The position numbers were made by a program, and so were the translations under genes. This document shows positions 35,975-50,181 of a stretch of DNA of 64,000 nucleotides, piece by piece. The notes beneath the pieces are model-generated. The model was given only the letters and a program-made list of their open reading frames with translations. It was not told the origin of the DNA and did no database searches. The first letter of the stretch is position 1, and every line of letters begins with the position of its first letter. Source of the stretch: Squalus acanthias (taxonomy: Eukaryota); the NCBI GenBank assembly GCA_030390025.1, contig CM059437.1, positions 53,258,001-53,322,000 of the forward strand, written 5' to 3'.

Positions 35975-38550
35975 GAAACATAGAAACATAGAAGATAGGA
36001 GCAGGAGTAGGCCATTCGGCCCCTTGAGCCTGCTCCACCATTCAATGCGATCATGGTTGATCATCCAAATTCAGTACCCTGTCCCTGCTTTCTCCCCATA
36101 TCCCTTGATCCCCTTAGCCTTAAGAAATATATCTAACTCCTTCTTGAATATATTTAATGAATTGGACTCAACTGTCTTCTGTGGTAGAGAATTCCACAGG
36201 TTCACCACTCTCTGGGTGAAGAAATTCCTCCTCATCTCAGTCCTAATAGGCTTACCCCTTATCTGTAGACTGTGACCCCTGGTTCTGGACTCCCCCGCCA
36301 TCGGGAACATCCTTCCTGCATGTAGTCTGTCTAGTCCTGTTAGAATTTTATAAGTTTCAATGAGATCCCCTCTCATTATTCTAAACTCTAGCGAATACAA
36401 GCCCAATCAACCCAATCTCTCTTCATATGTCATTCCTGCCATCCCAGGTATCAGTCTGGTGAATCTTTGCTGCACTCCCTCCATGGCAAGAACATCCTTC
36501 CTCAGATAAGGTGACCAAAACTGCACACAATACTCAAGGTGTGGTCTCACCAAGGCCCTGTACAACTGCAGCAAGACATCCTTGCTCCTGTACTTGAATC
36601 CTCTCGCTATGAAGGCCAACATACCATTTGCCTTCTTAACCGCCTGCTGCACCTGCATGCTTACCTTCAGCGACTGCTGCACAAGGACACCCAGGTCTCG
36701 TTGCACTTCCCCTTTTCCAAATCTATTGCCGTTCAGATAATAATCTGCCTTCCTGTTTTTGCCACCAAAGTGGATAACCTCGCATTTATCCACATTATAC
36801 TGCATCTGCCATGCATCTGCCCAATCACCCAACCTGTCCAAATCATACTGGAGTTTCTCTGCATCCTCCTCACAGCACACACGCCCACCCAGCTTTGTGT
36901 CGTCTGCAAACTTGGAGATATTGGCCCAGAAATTGGACTTCGATGGTTGCCGCGGGGGTAAGGATCCCCCGCGATATCGCACTCCGCGCCTACCTTTATG
37001 GTTTTGGCCCACACGAACTCCAGTTCCTGGGCCTCTCCCTGGTGCCGGTGCACAGTGTGTGCGTGTCCCAGAGGCGCAGTTAGTGCGATGCGACCTCTGG
37101 GATCACGTGGGCCAGTCAGAGCCAATGGCAGCACACCATCTTTCATTCATAGTTTTGACAGGAAGAGCTGTCAAAGCTATGAATACAACAAGCCCCCAAA
37201 AGAACAGCTAAACCTCAATTAAATTTAAAAAAAAGCCATCACATTAATAAAATAACTATAGTTAAATAAATTAACCACTTTAAACAAAAATTTAAATTTT
37301 TGAAAAAATTTAAATTCTTTTTAAAAGTTATAAAAATAAACTTACCTTTCTTTAAAGTCTCTAAAAAAGATAAACCTGTTGAAAAATGTTTTAAATAATA
37401 CTTAATTAATTACTTACCTTGTTAAAAGGGGGTCTTACGCCTGCTTTCTTTATGTGTAAAATCTTCAACAGTTACCTGCGCGTTCAAACCTGAAAAAAAA
37501 ACTAAGTGTGCTGCGTGCGCGCAACCTGTAGCGCGCACGCGGTTCACTTAGGAACCGCCCCCTTTGCCATACACGAAGTGCCGGTTTCCCACGCATGCGC
37601 AGTGCATGCAGGAATCCAGCACTTCGGGACCTAATACGCGAGAGTACACAGTGCGTACTCTCCCGCATTAGGTCTAATTTTCGGGTCATTACATCTAGTT
37701 CCCTCGTCTAGATCATTAATATATATTGTGAATAACTGGGGTCCTAGCACCGATCCCTGCGGTACCCCACTAGTCACTGCCTGCCACTCGGAAAAAGACC
37801 CATTTATTCCAACTCTTTGCTTCCTGTCTGCCAACCAGTTTTCTATCTATCCAAGTGAGTACCTTACCCCCAATCCCATGTGCTTTAACGTTGCACGTTA
37901 ATCTCTTATGCGGGACCTTATCGAAAGCCTTCTGAAAGTCCAAATACACCACATCCACTGGTTCTCCCTTATCTATTCTACCAGTTACATCCTCAAAAAA
38001 TTCCAGTAGATTAGTCAAGCATGATTTACCTTTTGTAAATCCATGTTGACTTTGTCCAATCCTGTCATTGTTTTTCAAGTGCTCTGCTATTACATCTTTT
38101 ATAATGGACTCTAGCATTTTCCCCACTACCGATGTCAGGCTTACCGGTCTATAATTCCCCGTTTTCTCTCTACCACCTTTTTTAAATAGTGGGGTTACAT
38201 TAGCTACCCTCCAATCCATGGGAACTGTTCCAGAGTCTATAGAATTTTGGAAGATGACCAGCAATGCATCTACTATTTCTAGAGCCACTTCCTTAAGTAC
38301 CCTAGGAGGTAGATTATCAGGCCCTGGGGATATATCAGCCTTCAATCCCGTCAATTTCCCTAACACTATTCCCCTACAAATACTGATTTCATTCAGTTCC
38401 TCCCTCTCATTAGACCCTATGTTCCCTGACATGTCTGGGAGGTTATTTGTGTCCTCCTTTGTGAAGACAGAACCAAAGTATGTATTTAATTGTTCTGCCA
38501 TTTCTTTGTTCCCCATTATAAATTCCCCTGATTCTGACTGCAAGGGACCT
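35975..38550 (-). mobile_element. CR1 LINE 3' half interrupted by a MITE
   Basis: ORFs 37770-38660, 36407-37012 and 36071-36406 carry RT motifs. The frame is broken at 36923-37687. Confidence 0.95.
36923..37687. mobile_element. ~765-bp MITE, same family as 1015-1776
   Basis: TIRs GGCCCAGAAATTGGAC / GTCTAATTTTCGGGTC. Exact 3-bp TSD ATT (36920-36922, 37688-37690), and removal restores the CR1 sequence. Confidence 0.9.
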
Positions 38551-40039
38551 ACGCTTGACTTCACCTGTGCCACCAAACTGACTAGGCTACAACCCTCACA
38601 GAGGAGGGTTTCCAGACAGCTATCCCCTGCTGCCCTCAAATGACTGAGCCATCTTAACATGATAGGTGTGAATATTTACTGGGATATTTTTTAATGAACT
38701 TCCATAGTCTGAAGCAATGCAGATATGTCTGAATTCTAATATACATTTCCCACAATATGCATTACAGAATAGTATATAATATAATAGGAAAAAAGCTTAA
38801 CAATACAGAAGTCAGTATTAATATCTTTGTATTGTGAGAATGTATTTTGTGTGAAAGAAGCTAACACATGGTATAGATTATATTTCAGTATTCCGAAGGG
38901 GAATGCTAAGTAAGCAGGAGGTGTCAGGTTAATGCAATGCAAGATGTATCAAAAGGGTCTGAGTGAGAATTATAGATAGTTTGGTGCTGAAATTAATCCA
39001 GAATCTAGCTGTTAAAGTGTGATAATTATAACCATGCAAAATTATCTCATCTTCTACTGATAAGAAATGAAATTACATTTATATTCCAGTGAGTATGGAC
39101 TATATGTGATGCAACATTGCCATCTACTAGTAAAGTAGCATATGACACAAAGATCATAATTTCAGAATTGATAGGTTTAGAGCAAGTCATCCAACATTGT
39201 CCATCTGGGTGAACAAATACACTCACTTTCAGCAATTCTTTGATATTCTGTGCTGAGAACTTGGCTGGATTTGTTAAGAGTTCACAAAGCCCCAGGGATA
39301 TCCTACTGTAAGTGTGTAGACATATACATTGCTTGTACGTTCTGTCAATATTAATAAAACCGACAAGTTGATTTATCTCTGTGCCTGAACCTATATAATT
39401 TGGATTAATCTACTCAGTTGATCTGCCATGCATGTTGTAGTTTTAACCTCTTGTGTGCTGATTTTAACCTAATATAATTTTAATGTGAATTATACCCAAA
39501 AAAATCCTCTGGTCAAATAGAAGTCCCAAAAGTGCACAACAGAAAACTGCTCACAATTCAAGAAAATATTGATACCAAATTGGCAACTTTATTTAGAAAG
39601 ACAGAAATAGCTAATGTAGAAAATAGAAATGTTACCTGTATAACTATGTATATGTCGTAAAGCAGATTACTGGATGAAAAATGGAGACTGGAAGGAGAAG
39701 AGCAAACAAGAGTTGGGAGCAAACAGATGGTTGACCAGGAGAGTTTTTAGGAGACTTCTGAAAATAGGGAGGGAGGTGGCAAAGTAGAGTGATTTAGGGA
39801 GGGAGCCTCAGAGGGCAGAGGAATGGTCAGTGGAAAGAACAACTGCAGCTGTTACTACAGAGGGATCAGGGAATGAGGACAAAATGCAGATTTGGAGCAG
39901 AGGCTGCATACAGGGACATACAGCTGAATGAGATCACTAGGGTAGGATGTATTTATGAATTGGATCAATACACTTCAGTGCTGTGTACAGGGCAAAAGCC
40001 AGACTGCAGTATGTGGAAAACAGGACTCATCCCTAAATA

Positions 40040-40230
40040 CTGCAGCTTGCCGTGATGGGAAGGCTTGCGTGCTTCTATGACCCAGAGAGCTATGCTGATG
40101 GAATTATAAGTCCTGGTAGGTCTACCCAAACCAGACAGGTCAAAAGGTAAGAGCCAGACTAAAGGTAATCTGCCAGTCCTCCTGCTAGCAGGTTGAGAGT
40201 CAGGCTACTGACTTGTCCATGTAAAAAGGC
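40040..40230 (+). mobile_element. RTE-clade LINE 5' UTR-like fragment
   Basis: CTTGCCGTGATGGGAAGGCTTGCGTG..ATGA.CC.AGAGAGCTATGC..CCTGGTAGG..CAGGTC..GCCAGACTAA resembles the RTE/BovB/Rex3 5' UTR (from memory). Confidence 0.5.
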
Positions 40231-40394
40231 ATTTTTTTATTGAAACAACCCAGAGGTAAGATGAGATAGACTTCCAAATATAAATATCGATTGTGGAGAA
40301 CCACAATTTGCTGGATGTAAGGCAAGGTGATACTCCAATAGTCAAATATATTGCTCTGGAGAAATGCAATGGAAGAAATGATTAGGCACAGGAG

Positions 40395-42270
40395 ATTAGG
40401 AACATAGGACCAGGAATAGACCATTCAGCCCATCAAGCTTTTTCCACCATTCAATGAGATTATGGCTGATTTGTATCTTAACTCCATCCATCTGCCTTGG
40501 CTCCATACCCTTTTACATCCTCATCCAGCAAAAATCTATCAATCTCAGGTTTAAAATTATTAATTAAGCTATCATCTACGGAGACTTCCACACCTCTACC
40601 ACCCTTTGTGTGCATATGTTTTTCCTAAATTCTATGCTGAGTGGCCTGGCTCTGATTGTAAGGTTATGTCCCCTTGTCCTAGACTCCCCCACCAGTGGAA
40701 AAAAATTCTCTCTATCTACCCTATTAATTCCTTTCAAAATCCTAAAAACCTCAATCAAATCACCACTTAACCTCCTATATTCCAGGGAATATAAACCTAG
40801 TTTCTGTAATCTTTCCTCATAATCTAACCTTTGTGGCCCTGGTAACATTCTGATGAATCTGTGCTGCACTCCTTCCATAGCCAATATATCCTTTCTAAAG
40901 TGCAGTGCCCAGAACTGCTCACAGTACTCCAGATGTAGTCTAACGAGGGCTTTGTTAGCTGTAGCAAAGCCTCCTCTTCTTTATATTCTAGCCCTCTAGT
41001 TATAAAGGCTAACATTCCATTAGCCTTTTTGATTATTTTTGTACCTGACTACAACATTTTAGTGATCTGTGCACAGGACCCCTAAATCTTTTTGGACCTC
41101 CAATGTTCCTAGCTTTTCACCATTTAAAGCATACTCAGATTTATCCTTTAGTCCAAAATAGATAACCTCACACGTACCACTGTTGAAATCCATCTGCCAC
41201 TGTTTCATCCACTCACTTAATCCAGCAAGGTCTCTTTATAATTTTATGCTCCCGTTTACACTAATCTTCGTATTATCGGCAAACTTGGATATATGGCTCG
41301 CTATTGTGTTATCTAAGACATTAATAAATATAGTGAATAGTTGAGGAAACACAGATCGTCACTCCCTTCCAATTTGGGTATTAACATTATCCCTACTCTC
41401 CAGTCTTCTACCATCTAACCAATCTTCTAACCAGGTCAAAGATTTGCCTCAATTCCATGAGCTTTAATTTTAGGTGACAGTCTCTTATGTGGAACCTTAT
41501 TGAATGTCTTCTGGAAGTCCATATAAACTACATCCATAGACATTCCCCGGTCTACTTCTTTAGTTACTTCCTCAAAAAATTCAATTAGATTCGTTAGGCA
41601 TGACCTACCCTTTACAAATCGACGTTGTCTCTCTCTAAATCAGCTCAGTCACTCTGTCCTTAATTATAGATTCTAATTTCTTCCCCACAACAGATGTTAG
41701 ACTAACAGGTCTATAATTTTGTGGTTTCTCTCTCACACCTTTCTTAACTAATGGAGTTGCATTTGCAATTTTCCAATTTAAAGGGACAATTCCTGAATCA
41801 AGAGAGCTTTGGGAGATTATGGCTAAAGCACTGCAATTTCCTCACTTACTTCCTTTAAAACCCTGGGGTGGAAACCATCAAGTCCTGGGGATTTGTTAGT
41901 TTTTAGTGCCATTATTTTTTCTAATATTGTTTTCTTGCTTACGTTAACTTTAGTGAGTTACAGTCCTTGATTCATTATTAATTATAAGTTCTACCTTATT
42001 CCTCAATTCTAACCATATAGTCGCCACTCATTGCTTTCCTTTACCTATATCCTCTCTTGCTAATGTTGTAATAATATCTTTAATCAATAAGGCTACCCCT
42101 CCTCCTCTTTCAGTTTCCCTATCCTTTCTAAAGACTTTATACCTGGAATATTTAACTCCCAATCATGACCAGCTTGCAGTCATGTCTGCGTCATGGCCAA
42201 CATGTCATACCCTCTAAGCTGTATTTGAGCCTCTAATTCACTCAATTTATTTCTTATACTCTGTGCATAG
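40395..42270 (-). mobile_element. CR1 LINE, internally deleted
   Basis: RT C-terminal ORFs 40576-41015, degenerate RT core up to ~41900, then an endonuclease-start fragment. Confidence 0.88.
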
Positions 42271-43299
42271 ATTTATTTACGTGTAAAATAATTAGGGATT
42301 AAGTCAGTTTTTTAAAACCAATTTCTATCAGAAATTCTCATTTTTTTAGGTCAGTGGCAAAAAATGGTTCTCTCCTGGCCTTAGAAAAACCTGAATTATC
42401 CCCAGTCTCCGCACTGAAACTCACACTGAAAATCGGGTGGGGAGATGAGTGAATGTCACATTAGTGGCACTATCAAGCATGTCGGCTGATGTACATGCAG
42501 TATGCAACGTGCACGGTAACATCACTAACACAATGCACATGCATCTCCGAACCCGATTTTCAGTGCCAAGTCATTTCAAAGGAGTCCCAGAGATTGAAGA
42601 CTTAAGGTAAGTTCAGCAGTGAGAGTAGCCTATGTGGTTGGAAATAAGTTAACGTGGTCAATATCATAAATAAGTTTAATTTTCTGGTAAGCAAGAGTGC
42701 AATACTATAAGAGTCCCAACAGATTATATATCAGTAAAATGGAAGCTCACAGAGGATTATATTGGGATTTGGAATACAGAGACTACCCAATGCAAGAAAA
42801 AATGTTCCCAACATTATTTTATTGCTTAGAAGTCCGTCTGACTATTTTATACACCACAAAAACATCCTTAATTTTATAACTAGAAATCAATCCCATACTA
42901 GCCCGATTCCCTTCCTGCCCACACCCTGCTATGTGAAGTTTTAAAGGTGGAGAAAAGTGGGAACTGTGCACTGAACTAAAATAATAAAGAATAGTGCTGC
43001 TCTGTAAAGAGCTTGTGTTTTTCAATTTTATCAACATTGCAGATAAACCCTCCCCAGCCACCCCACACTTTTTTTTTTTTACTGATTTTCTTTGAATTTA
43101 CAGGTGCCTGTTTTTTGGGGGGATACAATTACCTTTTCCAAATGTTGAATTTTTAATAAAAATAGAATCTGAAAACAGCCTAATAAAACTTTTTCTAAAT
43201 GGACGATAAACAAACAAATGATTATTCATAGCAATAATATATAGAAGTAAAAAGACAGTGAGCTAGTAATGCAGCACAAGATACTAATTGATCTGCAAG

Positions 43300-45420
43300 T
43301 TCTTGAAAAAACAGCCTCTGCTGGTCAGTGGGAGATGTTCAAAAAATAAATTAATGTGAAACAGAACCAGTTTATACCCGAGGGGTAAGAGCTCTACTTG
43401 CCAAAAAAACAGCCATGGATGACAAAAGAGGTAAGGGACAGCACAAAACTAAAAGAAAAAACATACAAAAATGGAAAAAATAGCACAGATCCTGGTGAAT
43501 GGGAAAGATACAGTGAACAGCAAAGGGTCACAAAACAGATAGTAAGAGCTACAAAAAGGGAGTATGAAAAGAAACTTGCAAGGGATATCAAAATCAACAC
43601 AAAGAGTTTTTACAATTATATTAGGAAAAAGGGGGTGGTCAGAAGCAACGCTGGCCTCTCGAAAAACTGAAAGTGGTGCTATTGTCAATGATAATAAGGA
43701 AATGCTGGACATGTTGAATAATTACTTTGTGTCAGTATTTACAATAGAGGAAGAGGATAGCATGTCAGAAATCCCAAGGAAACTAATATTGAATCAGGGA
43801 CAGGGACTCAATAAAAATTAACTTAAGTAAAATAACACTAATGAAGAAAATAATGGCACTAAAGAGTGACAAATCCCCAGGACCAAATGGTTTTCATCCC
43901 AGGGTTTTAAAGGAAGTAGGTGAGCACATTGCAGATGCCCTAACTATAATCTTCCAAAGTTCTCTCAATTCAGGAACCATTCCTTTAGATTGGAAAATTG
44001 CGCCTGTCATTCCGCTATTTAAGAATGGCAAGAGAGGGAAACCAGGGAATTATAGACCAGTGAGCCTAACATCTGTTGTCGGTAAATTGCTAGAGTCTAT
44101 AATTAAGGATAGGGTGACTGAACACCTCAAAAATTTTCAGTTGATCAGAGAGCCAGCATGGATTTGTGAAAGGTAGGTCATGCCTGACAAACCTGTTTGA
44201 ATTTTTTGAGGAGGTGACTAAAGTGGTGGACAGGGGAATGTCTATGGATGTTATTTATATGGACTTCCAGAAGACATTTGATAAAGTCCCACATAAGAGA
44301 CTGTTAACTAAGGTAGAACCCACGGAAAATTATTGACCTGGTTAGGAAATTAGCTGAGCGGCAGGAGACAGAGAGTAGGGATAATGGGTAGATACTCAAA
44401 TTGGCAGGATGTGACTAGTGGTGTCCCGCAGGGATCTGCGTTAGGGCCTGAACTATTCACAGTATTTATTAACGACTTAGATGATGGCATAGAAAGTATT
44501 TTCCAAATTTTCCAATGACACAAAGATAGGCGGCATTGTAGGCTGTGTAGATGGAAGCATAAAATTACAAAGGGATATCGATAGATTAAGTGAATGGGCA
44601 AAACTGTGGCAAATGGATTTCAATGTAGGCAAATGTGAGGCCACCCACTTTGGACCTAAAAAGGATAGAACAGGGTACTTTCTAAATGGTGAAAAGCTAA
44701 AAACAGTGGAGGTCCAGACACTTGGGGGTCCAGGTACATAGATCATTAAAATGTCATGAACTGGCACAGAAAATAATCAAAAAGGCTAATGGAATGCTGG
44801 CTTTTATATCTAGAGGACTAGAGTACAAGGGTGTAGAAGTTATGCTGCAGCTATACAAAGCCCTGGTTAGATCACACCTGGAGTTCTGTGAGCAGTTCTG
44901 GGCACCACACCTTAGGAAGGATATATTGGCCATGGAGGGATTGTAGGCTAGGTTTAAAAGAATGATACCCAGACTCCAAGGATTAAGTTATGAGGAGAGA
45001 TTACACAAGTTAGGGTTGTATTCGCTAGAATTTAGAAGGTTAAGGGGTGATCTGATCGAAGTATTCAAGATATTAAGGGGAACAGATAGGGTAGATAGAG
45101 AGAAACTATTTCCACTGGTTGGGGATTCTAGGACTAGGGGGCATAGTCTAAAAATTAGAGCCAGACCTTTCAAGAGTGAAATTAGGAAACACTTCTACAC
45201 ACAAAGGGTGGTAGAAGTTTGGAACTCTCTTCCGCAAACAGCAATTGATGCTATATCAATTGTTAATTTTAAATCGGAGATTGATAGCTTTCTGTTAACC
45301 AAAGGTATTAAGGAATATGGGCCAAAGGTGGGTATATGGAGTTAGGTTGCAGATCAGCCATGATCTCATTGAATGGCAGAGTAGGCTCGAGGGGCTCAAT
45401 GGCCTACTCCTGTTCCTATA
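43300..45420 (+). mobile_element. CR1 LINE 3' two-thirds
   Basis: KSPGPNGFHPRVLKE, YRPVSLTSVVGKLLE, RSHLEFCEQFWAP, and 3' UTR. Confidence 0.93.
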
Positions 45421-45991
45421 AATTACACGAGAAATTAATCGCTGCAGTGTTCCTACTGGTATGTGCTAGCAGTGAGTTGAGAGAACTAAAGACCCTGAGA
45501 AAGTCTCTGAGTTATAAGGTGTCTTTTCCTTTGAAGATTAAATGTTGTCTTCTCTATAGTCAGACAAATGGCTAACCATTCAAAACCTCAGTAGAAGTGG
45601 TGAGAGCTGCACCTTCTGGGTGATGTCAGGGGGTCAAAATATTATTACAACGACTAAAAAGCATAATTCTATCTGTCTAAACACTAACATTTCAACAACA
45701 ACTTGTATTTATATAGCACCTTTAATATACTAAAATGTCCCAAGGCACTTCACAGGAGTGTTATCAGACAAAAATTGACACCAAGCCACATAAAGAGATG
45801 ATAGGACAGGTGACCAAAAGCTTGGTCAATTAGGTAGGATTTAAATTTCAAATGAACATCCCAACTATCAATGAAACTATCTTAGTGGATCTCTCAACAA
45901 GGCACATGCCCCTTTCCTACCAATTGATCATTACTTCTATCTTGCATCTTATTGAAAGAGACAATCTTCATTCCAACACCAGCTATTTTAA

Positions 45992-46150
45992 TACAAAAGC
46001 AAAAGACTACATATGCTGGAAATCTGAAATTAAAACAGAAAATGCAGGTTGATGGTTCGGACAAAAGGCCATCGACCTGAAATGTTAACTCTGTTTCTCT
46101 CTCCATAGATGCTGCCAGACCCGCTGAGTATTTCCATCATTGTCTGTTTT
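45992..46150. mobile_element. Penelope-like tail with inversion and decayed hammerhead
   Basis: 45992-46048 is a reverse tail, joined to GTT-CGGACAA-AAGGCCATCGACCT-GAAATGTT-AAC and the forward tail. Homologous to 12133-12235. Confidence 0.6.
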
Positions 46151-47242
46151 TATTCCAGCTATTTTAAAACTATGTAAAAAATGACAGATTATGTTTCCAT
46201 TGCAAGATGAAGTTGGAGGTGTGACTACAGGGAATTGAGGCAGCAGGGATAAGGTGAGTGGGAGCTGGCATGGGCTGAGGGGGAAATGGTTTTGGAAACT
46301 TTGAAATTCGGGTAATTGGTCAGCAAGAGGGTGGGGAAGGGGATTTGTCAGAGTAGGGATGTTGGGATAATTGAGAGGGAACATATTCTGCATCTAACCT
46401 GTAAAGTATTTGATGAGGCTCTGTAGAGGAATCCCTCCCTTTCATACACAGAAAAACTGATTTCCTTCCCCTTCCCCAAAATGATTAGATAGTTTCATGA
46501 GAAAAATGTACTGGGATAGTATATTTGGACATGCTGTACATCTATCTAGTTGGAAGCTTGTATTTTACAGTTCTTTAAACTAGGTTTGCTCTTGGCTTGA
46601 CAGGATGAGGAACTGAAAGCCACATCTATTGACGCCAGGTAGCCAACCCAAAAGTCTAGCAGTGATAGCTTGGCTGTTGCTGCCCTCTGGTGGATAGAAT
46701 GCCAGGACCTCTCAGTCCCATCATTCAGTTCCACTTTCAGTCTTATGCAAGGGAGGTCAAAATAACACCCAGCAAAAAACTTAAAAATAAACACTCCCTA
46801 GTGAGCATTTTTTTTTGTTTATTTAAGTCAGTACGTGTACTTAGTTTTGTGAATCAGCTATGGCGCACGTCACTGCAATGCTGGAAATGTGAAGCTGAGT
46901 GTAATAAATGGCCAATCCAGAGCGTTCAAGTGACATAGGAGCATAGAAATAGGAGGCCATTCAGCCCCTCGAGCCTGTTCCGCCAAACCCTTCTGTAACT
47001 ACAGTTTCAGATGGCTGGTGATATTTCTTTCCATGTTGTAAGGAAGACCCTTTAAGAATTCCGTAGTATTTCTGTCAGGTCATCAATATTACTTACATCA
47101 GATTCTATACCTTATTCAATATTAACTTTCCCAGCCAATTTCACTCCTCAATGCAGCACATTAGACAATGATCTATTTATCTCAATCTGCCCACACTGGG
47201 CATACAAAAGGTGTGGGGACTGGAATATCTGATTAGCGTAAA

Positions 47243-47345
47243 TATTCTTCTTAGGCAGTCCCTCGGAACCGAGGATGACTTGCTTCCACATTAAAAATGA
47301 GTTCTCAGGTGACTGGAGTCCAATGCGGGACCTACAGCCTCTGTC
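47243..47345 (-). mobile_element. RTE-like LINE 3' end fragment
   Basis: Minus strand GTGGAAGCAAGTCATCCTCGGTTCCGAGGGACTGCCTAAGAAGAA, a hairpin plus (AAG)n tail. Confidence 0.45.
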
Positions 47346-47554
47346 GTAAATATTATAAGCTGAGAGAACCCTATTCTGTTCAAAGGAAGCAGAAGGCAAT
47401 GAATTTCGCTGATAATTCCCATGTGTATAATCAGAGATCATCCCGAATAAAACAACCTACTGTTATGAAAGAAATTCAAAATGAATGATAGTTATTAAAA
47501 GTCATATGTAGGTGTCAAATTGCCACATCATCAGTTTCGGATGCCTGCATAGAA

Positions 47555-47930
47555 TCTGGGCTGATACTCCAGTGCAGTGCTGAGGGAGTGCTGCACTGTC
47601 AGAGGTGCTGTCTTTTGGATGAGACGTTAAACCGAGGCCCCATCTGCCCTCTCAGGTGGCCATAAAAGATCCCATGGTACTAGTCGGAGAAGAGCAGGGG
47701 AGTTCTCCCCGGTGTCCTGGACTATATTGACCCCTCAACCAACATCACTAAACCAGATTATCTGGTCATTATCACATTGCTGTTTGTGGGACCTTGCTCT
47801 GCGCTAATTTGGCTGCCGCATTTCCTGCATTACAACTGTGACTACACTTCAAAAGTACTTCACTGGCTGTAAAGCACTTTGGGATGTCCTGGGGTTGTGA
47901 AAGGTGCTATATAAATGCAAGGCTTTTTTT
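47555..47930 (+). mobile_element. Deu-domain SINE
   Basis: Colinear with 31520-31885 and 54090-54515. Confidence 0.85.
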
Positions 47931-49220
47931 TCCTCCCGAAACCATGCATGTATTGTCTTGTGCTGGGGTATGGGTACCCCAGGTTCCAACTACTCTCCAG
48001 GACTTCAACTCATGTGCTTATTCCTCATGTCCAGGAGCCAGCTCACTATGCCCAATTCTGTCCTGAAACATCAGCCATACACTGGAATGTTGCAGTGGTC
48101 ACTGAAGAGCTCTCAGGAGGAGGAACCCATATGTTTCCCCTTCCCCGTCCAGAGGTGTTGAGGCCAACAGGAACACTCACCACTGTGCTGGTTCAGACCA
48201 GCATCCACGTACCACATCTGGGACCCTGCTTGCTCCATTTGGACCTCTATGCCTCAGTGTCACACCATGTGATGTATTTATCCAATGAGCCACCAGGGAA
48301 GTCTGAAACACATTAATTTCAACCAGAACGAAGATAGATATTTGTGTGTGTGTCTCTCTCTCTTCTGACTTTAAGTCCTCAAAACCTCAGGAGGATTAGT
48401 CCCCTGCAGCACCAAGGTATCAGGGAACATATCTTATTCAGACTTTTCAGCCCTACAGAGAGGACTCTGACCTCTGTGACGCAGCACAGCTCTGAACCCA
48501 GCCCACACAAAACTGAGAAGTAACCATGGGAGCGCACTTACACTGCAAACTGGCAGCAAATAATGCTCGAGTTCACTCTGGGTATGGAGGCCCGAATTAC
48601 ACCAGTTCTTTCAAGCCTGTTTCAGTTCCTCACCGTGAAGCTTAATCAACAGATTTCGTCGTGAGGTTAAGAAAGTATGAGAGTGGAGCCCAAGCAGCTC
48701 GAGACCGCGTTTGCACTGCAGTAAGTGGTCTGCAGTTCAGGTTTGAAACCACTAGTTCGAGGGTTTCACTTTGGACTTCCTAGTGTGAGGGGAGGGGTTC
48801 AGATTGCTACACTGCATCATCAAGGTCACAGTCCCTGACTTGACTCCATGTTCAGGACACTGGAAAGTCAAGAGTGTAACCTTCAGGCGCTAGTGGTTTC
48901 AAACTTAGACTGCAGACCACTTACTGCAGTGTAAACGCAGTCTTGAGCAACTTGGGCTCCATGCAAAGTGAAAATTGCTTAACTGTGATTGTAAAGTTGG
49001 TGTGTAAACACATTCTGTGCAATCCAGCTAGTGCAATCTGCACTGTTTGCCTAAATCCAGGACTCAGTAACACACAACCGGGCTTAGGGTTGTTTCTATG
49101 TGGGAGGTGCCTGCTCAGTGCCTTGCATGGAATGCATTTCTGTTGGTGATGACACATTTTTCCTGCAAATCAAAGAGGCTTCAATTCCAACAGGGAAAAG
49201 CAGAGATGCAATATTCTATC

Positions 49221-49226
49221 TTTATT
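49221..49226 (-). terminator. Candidate HIRA polyadenylation signal AATAAA
   Basis: TTTATT on + about 740 bp beyond the HIRA stop, at the end of an AU-rich 3' UTR-like stretch. Confidence 0.55.
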
Positions 49227-49964
49227 TTATAAAAAAAACGAAAAATTTGCCTGTATAAAGTTAAAAGGTACCAAAGGGCGGATTAAGTTTCTGTACATCT
49301 CCGCCATGTCCATGGTCGCTCATTAGAATTTCTTTTTTCCCCATTCACACTTTTAACAATGACAGACAGTAAACAAATGTGTCATTTAGTACATCAGGCA
49401 AACAGAAAACTACACCATGAAAAGTCTGAACTCAGTAGTTCATCCTCTAACCAAGAAGGCTCGAAGCCTGACAGCTTTCACGTCAGTGTTGCCCCTCCCT
49501 CTCCGAGGAAAGGAACAGCCAGTAAACTGCTGAGTGTCGTACAGCATTGGACTTGGTAGCTTATAGTGGGCAAGGGCTGCAAAGTCACTATCTGGCCAGT
49601 GTCCATTACACGTTGGATAGAGTCATTAATCTTGGTCGCTTGCAACCATTCTCTGGATGGAGCATTGGCCCCCTGGTCACTGATGTCCTGCAGTGTGGCC
49701 GCAAATCGTCTCTCGCGTGCGCTGCACGGCCACTTGTTGTGAAGTGATGCATTCAGACCAGCGCAATCAGCAGCGTTGTTTCCGTGAGCACGTCGTCGCC
49801 TGGAGTGGGCCAGCTTGGTGTAACAGAACGCGGACTCTTCTCCCAGGTTGAACCCCAAATCCTCAAAAGTCCGTCTCTCCCGAGCGGGATCACCGCTGGC
49901 CACAGCAAATCTCTCAAGAGAACTATCACGGTCAGATTCTCATCAAAAAGCTGCTGGGTTAGTG

Positions 49965-50081
49965 CTACTTGTCTCTCAGGAGATCCAGCTGGTCCTGATA
50001 CTCCGTGAAGAGTCTCTGGAATCGGAGGTTCTGTCCAATCACAGGAAGCATCTCCTTTAGCAGCTCTCTCTTCCGCAGTCC
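49965..50081 (-). CDS. HIRA: HIRA last coding exon
   Basis: ATGCAG| GLRKRELLKEMLPVIGQNLRFQRLFTEYQDQLDLLRDK*, matching the vertebrate HIRA C-terminus. Phase 0. Confidence 0.97.
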   Translation of the reverse strand, partial: GLRKRELLKEMLPVIGQNLRFQRLFTEYQDQLDLLRDK

Positions 50082-50181
50082 CTGCATAACGAATGGAGAG
50101 ATCTTTCAGACAGAGGCTTAGTAACTACAGCAGCATTGATTTTTGCATTACAAGAGTGAGGGGGGAAAAAAATGACAAAGC

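Noticed and set aside
39233-39307. Possible small exon (TTTCAG...GTAAGT) between IgL and HIRA
   Set aside because: The peptide is unrecognisable and no partner exons were found, so there is too little support without transcript data.
49478-49903. 141-aa ORF downstream of HIRA
   Set aside because: Lies in the presumed 3' UTR, with no recognisable domain and no ATG at the annotated start.
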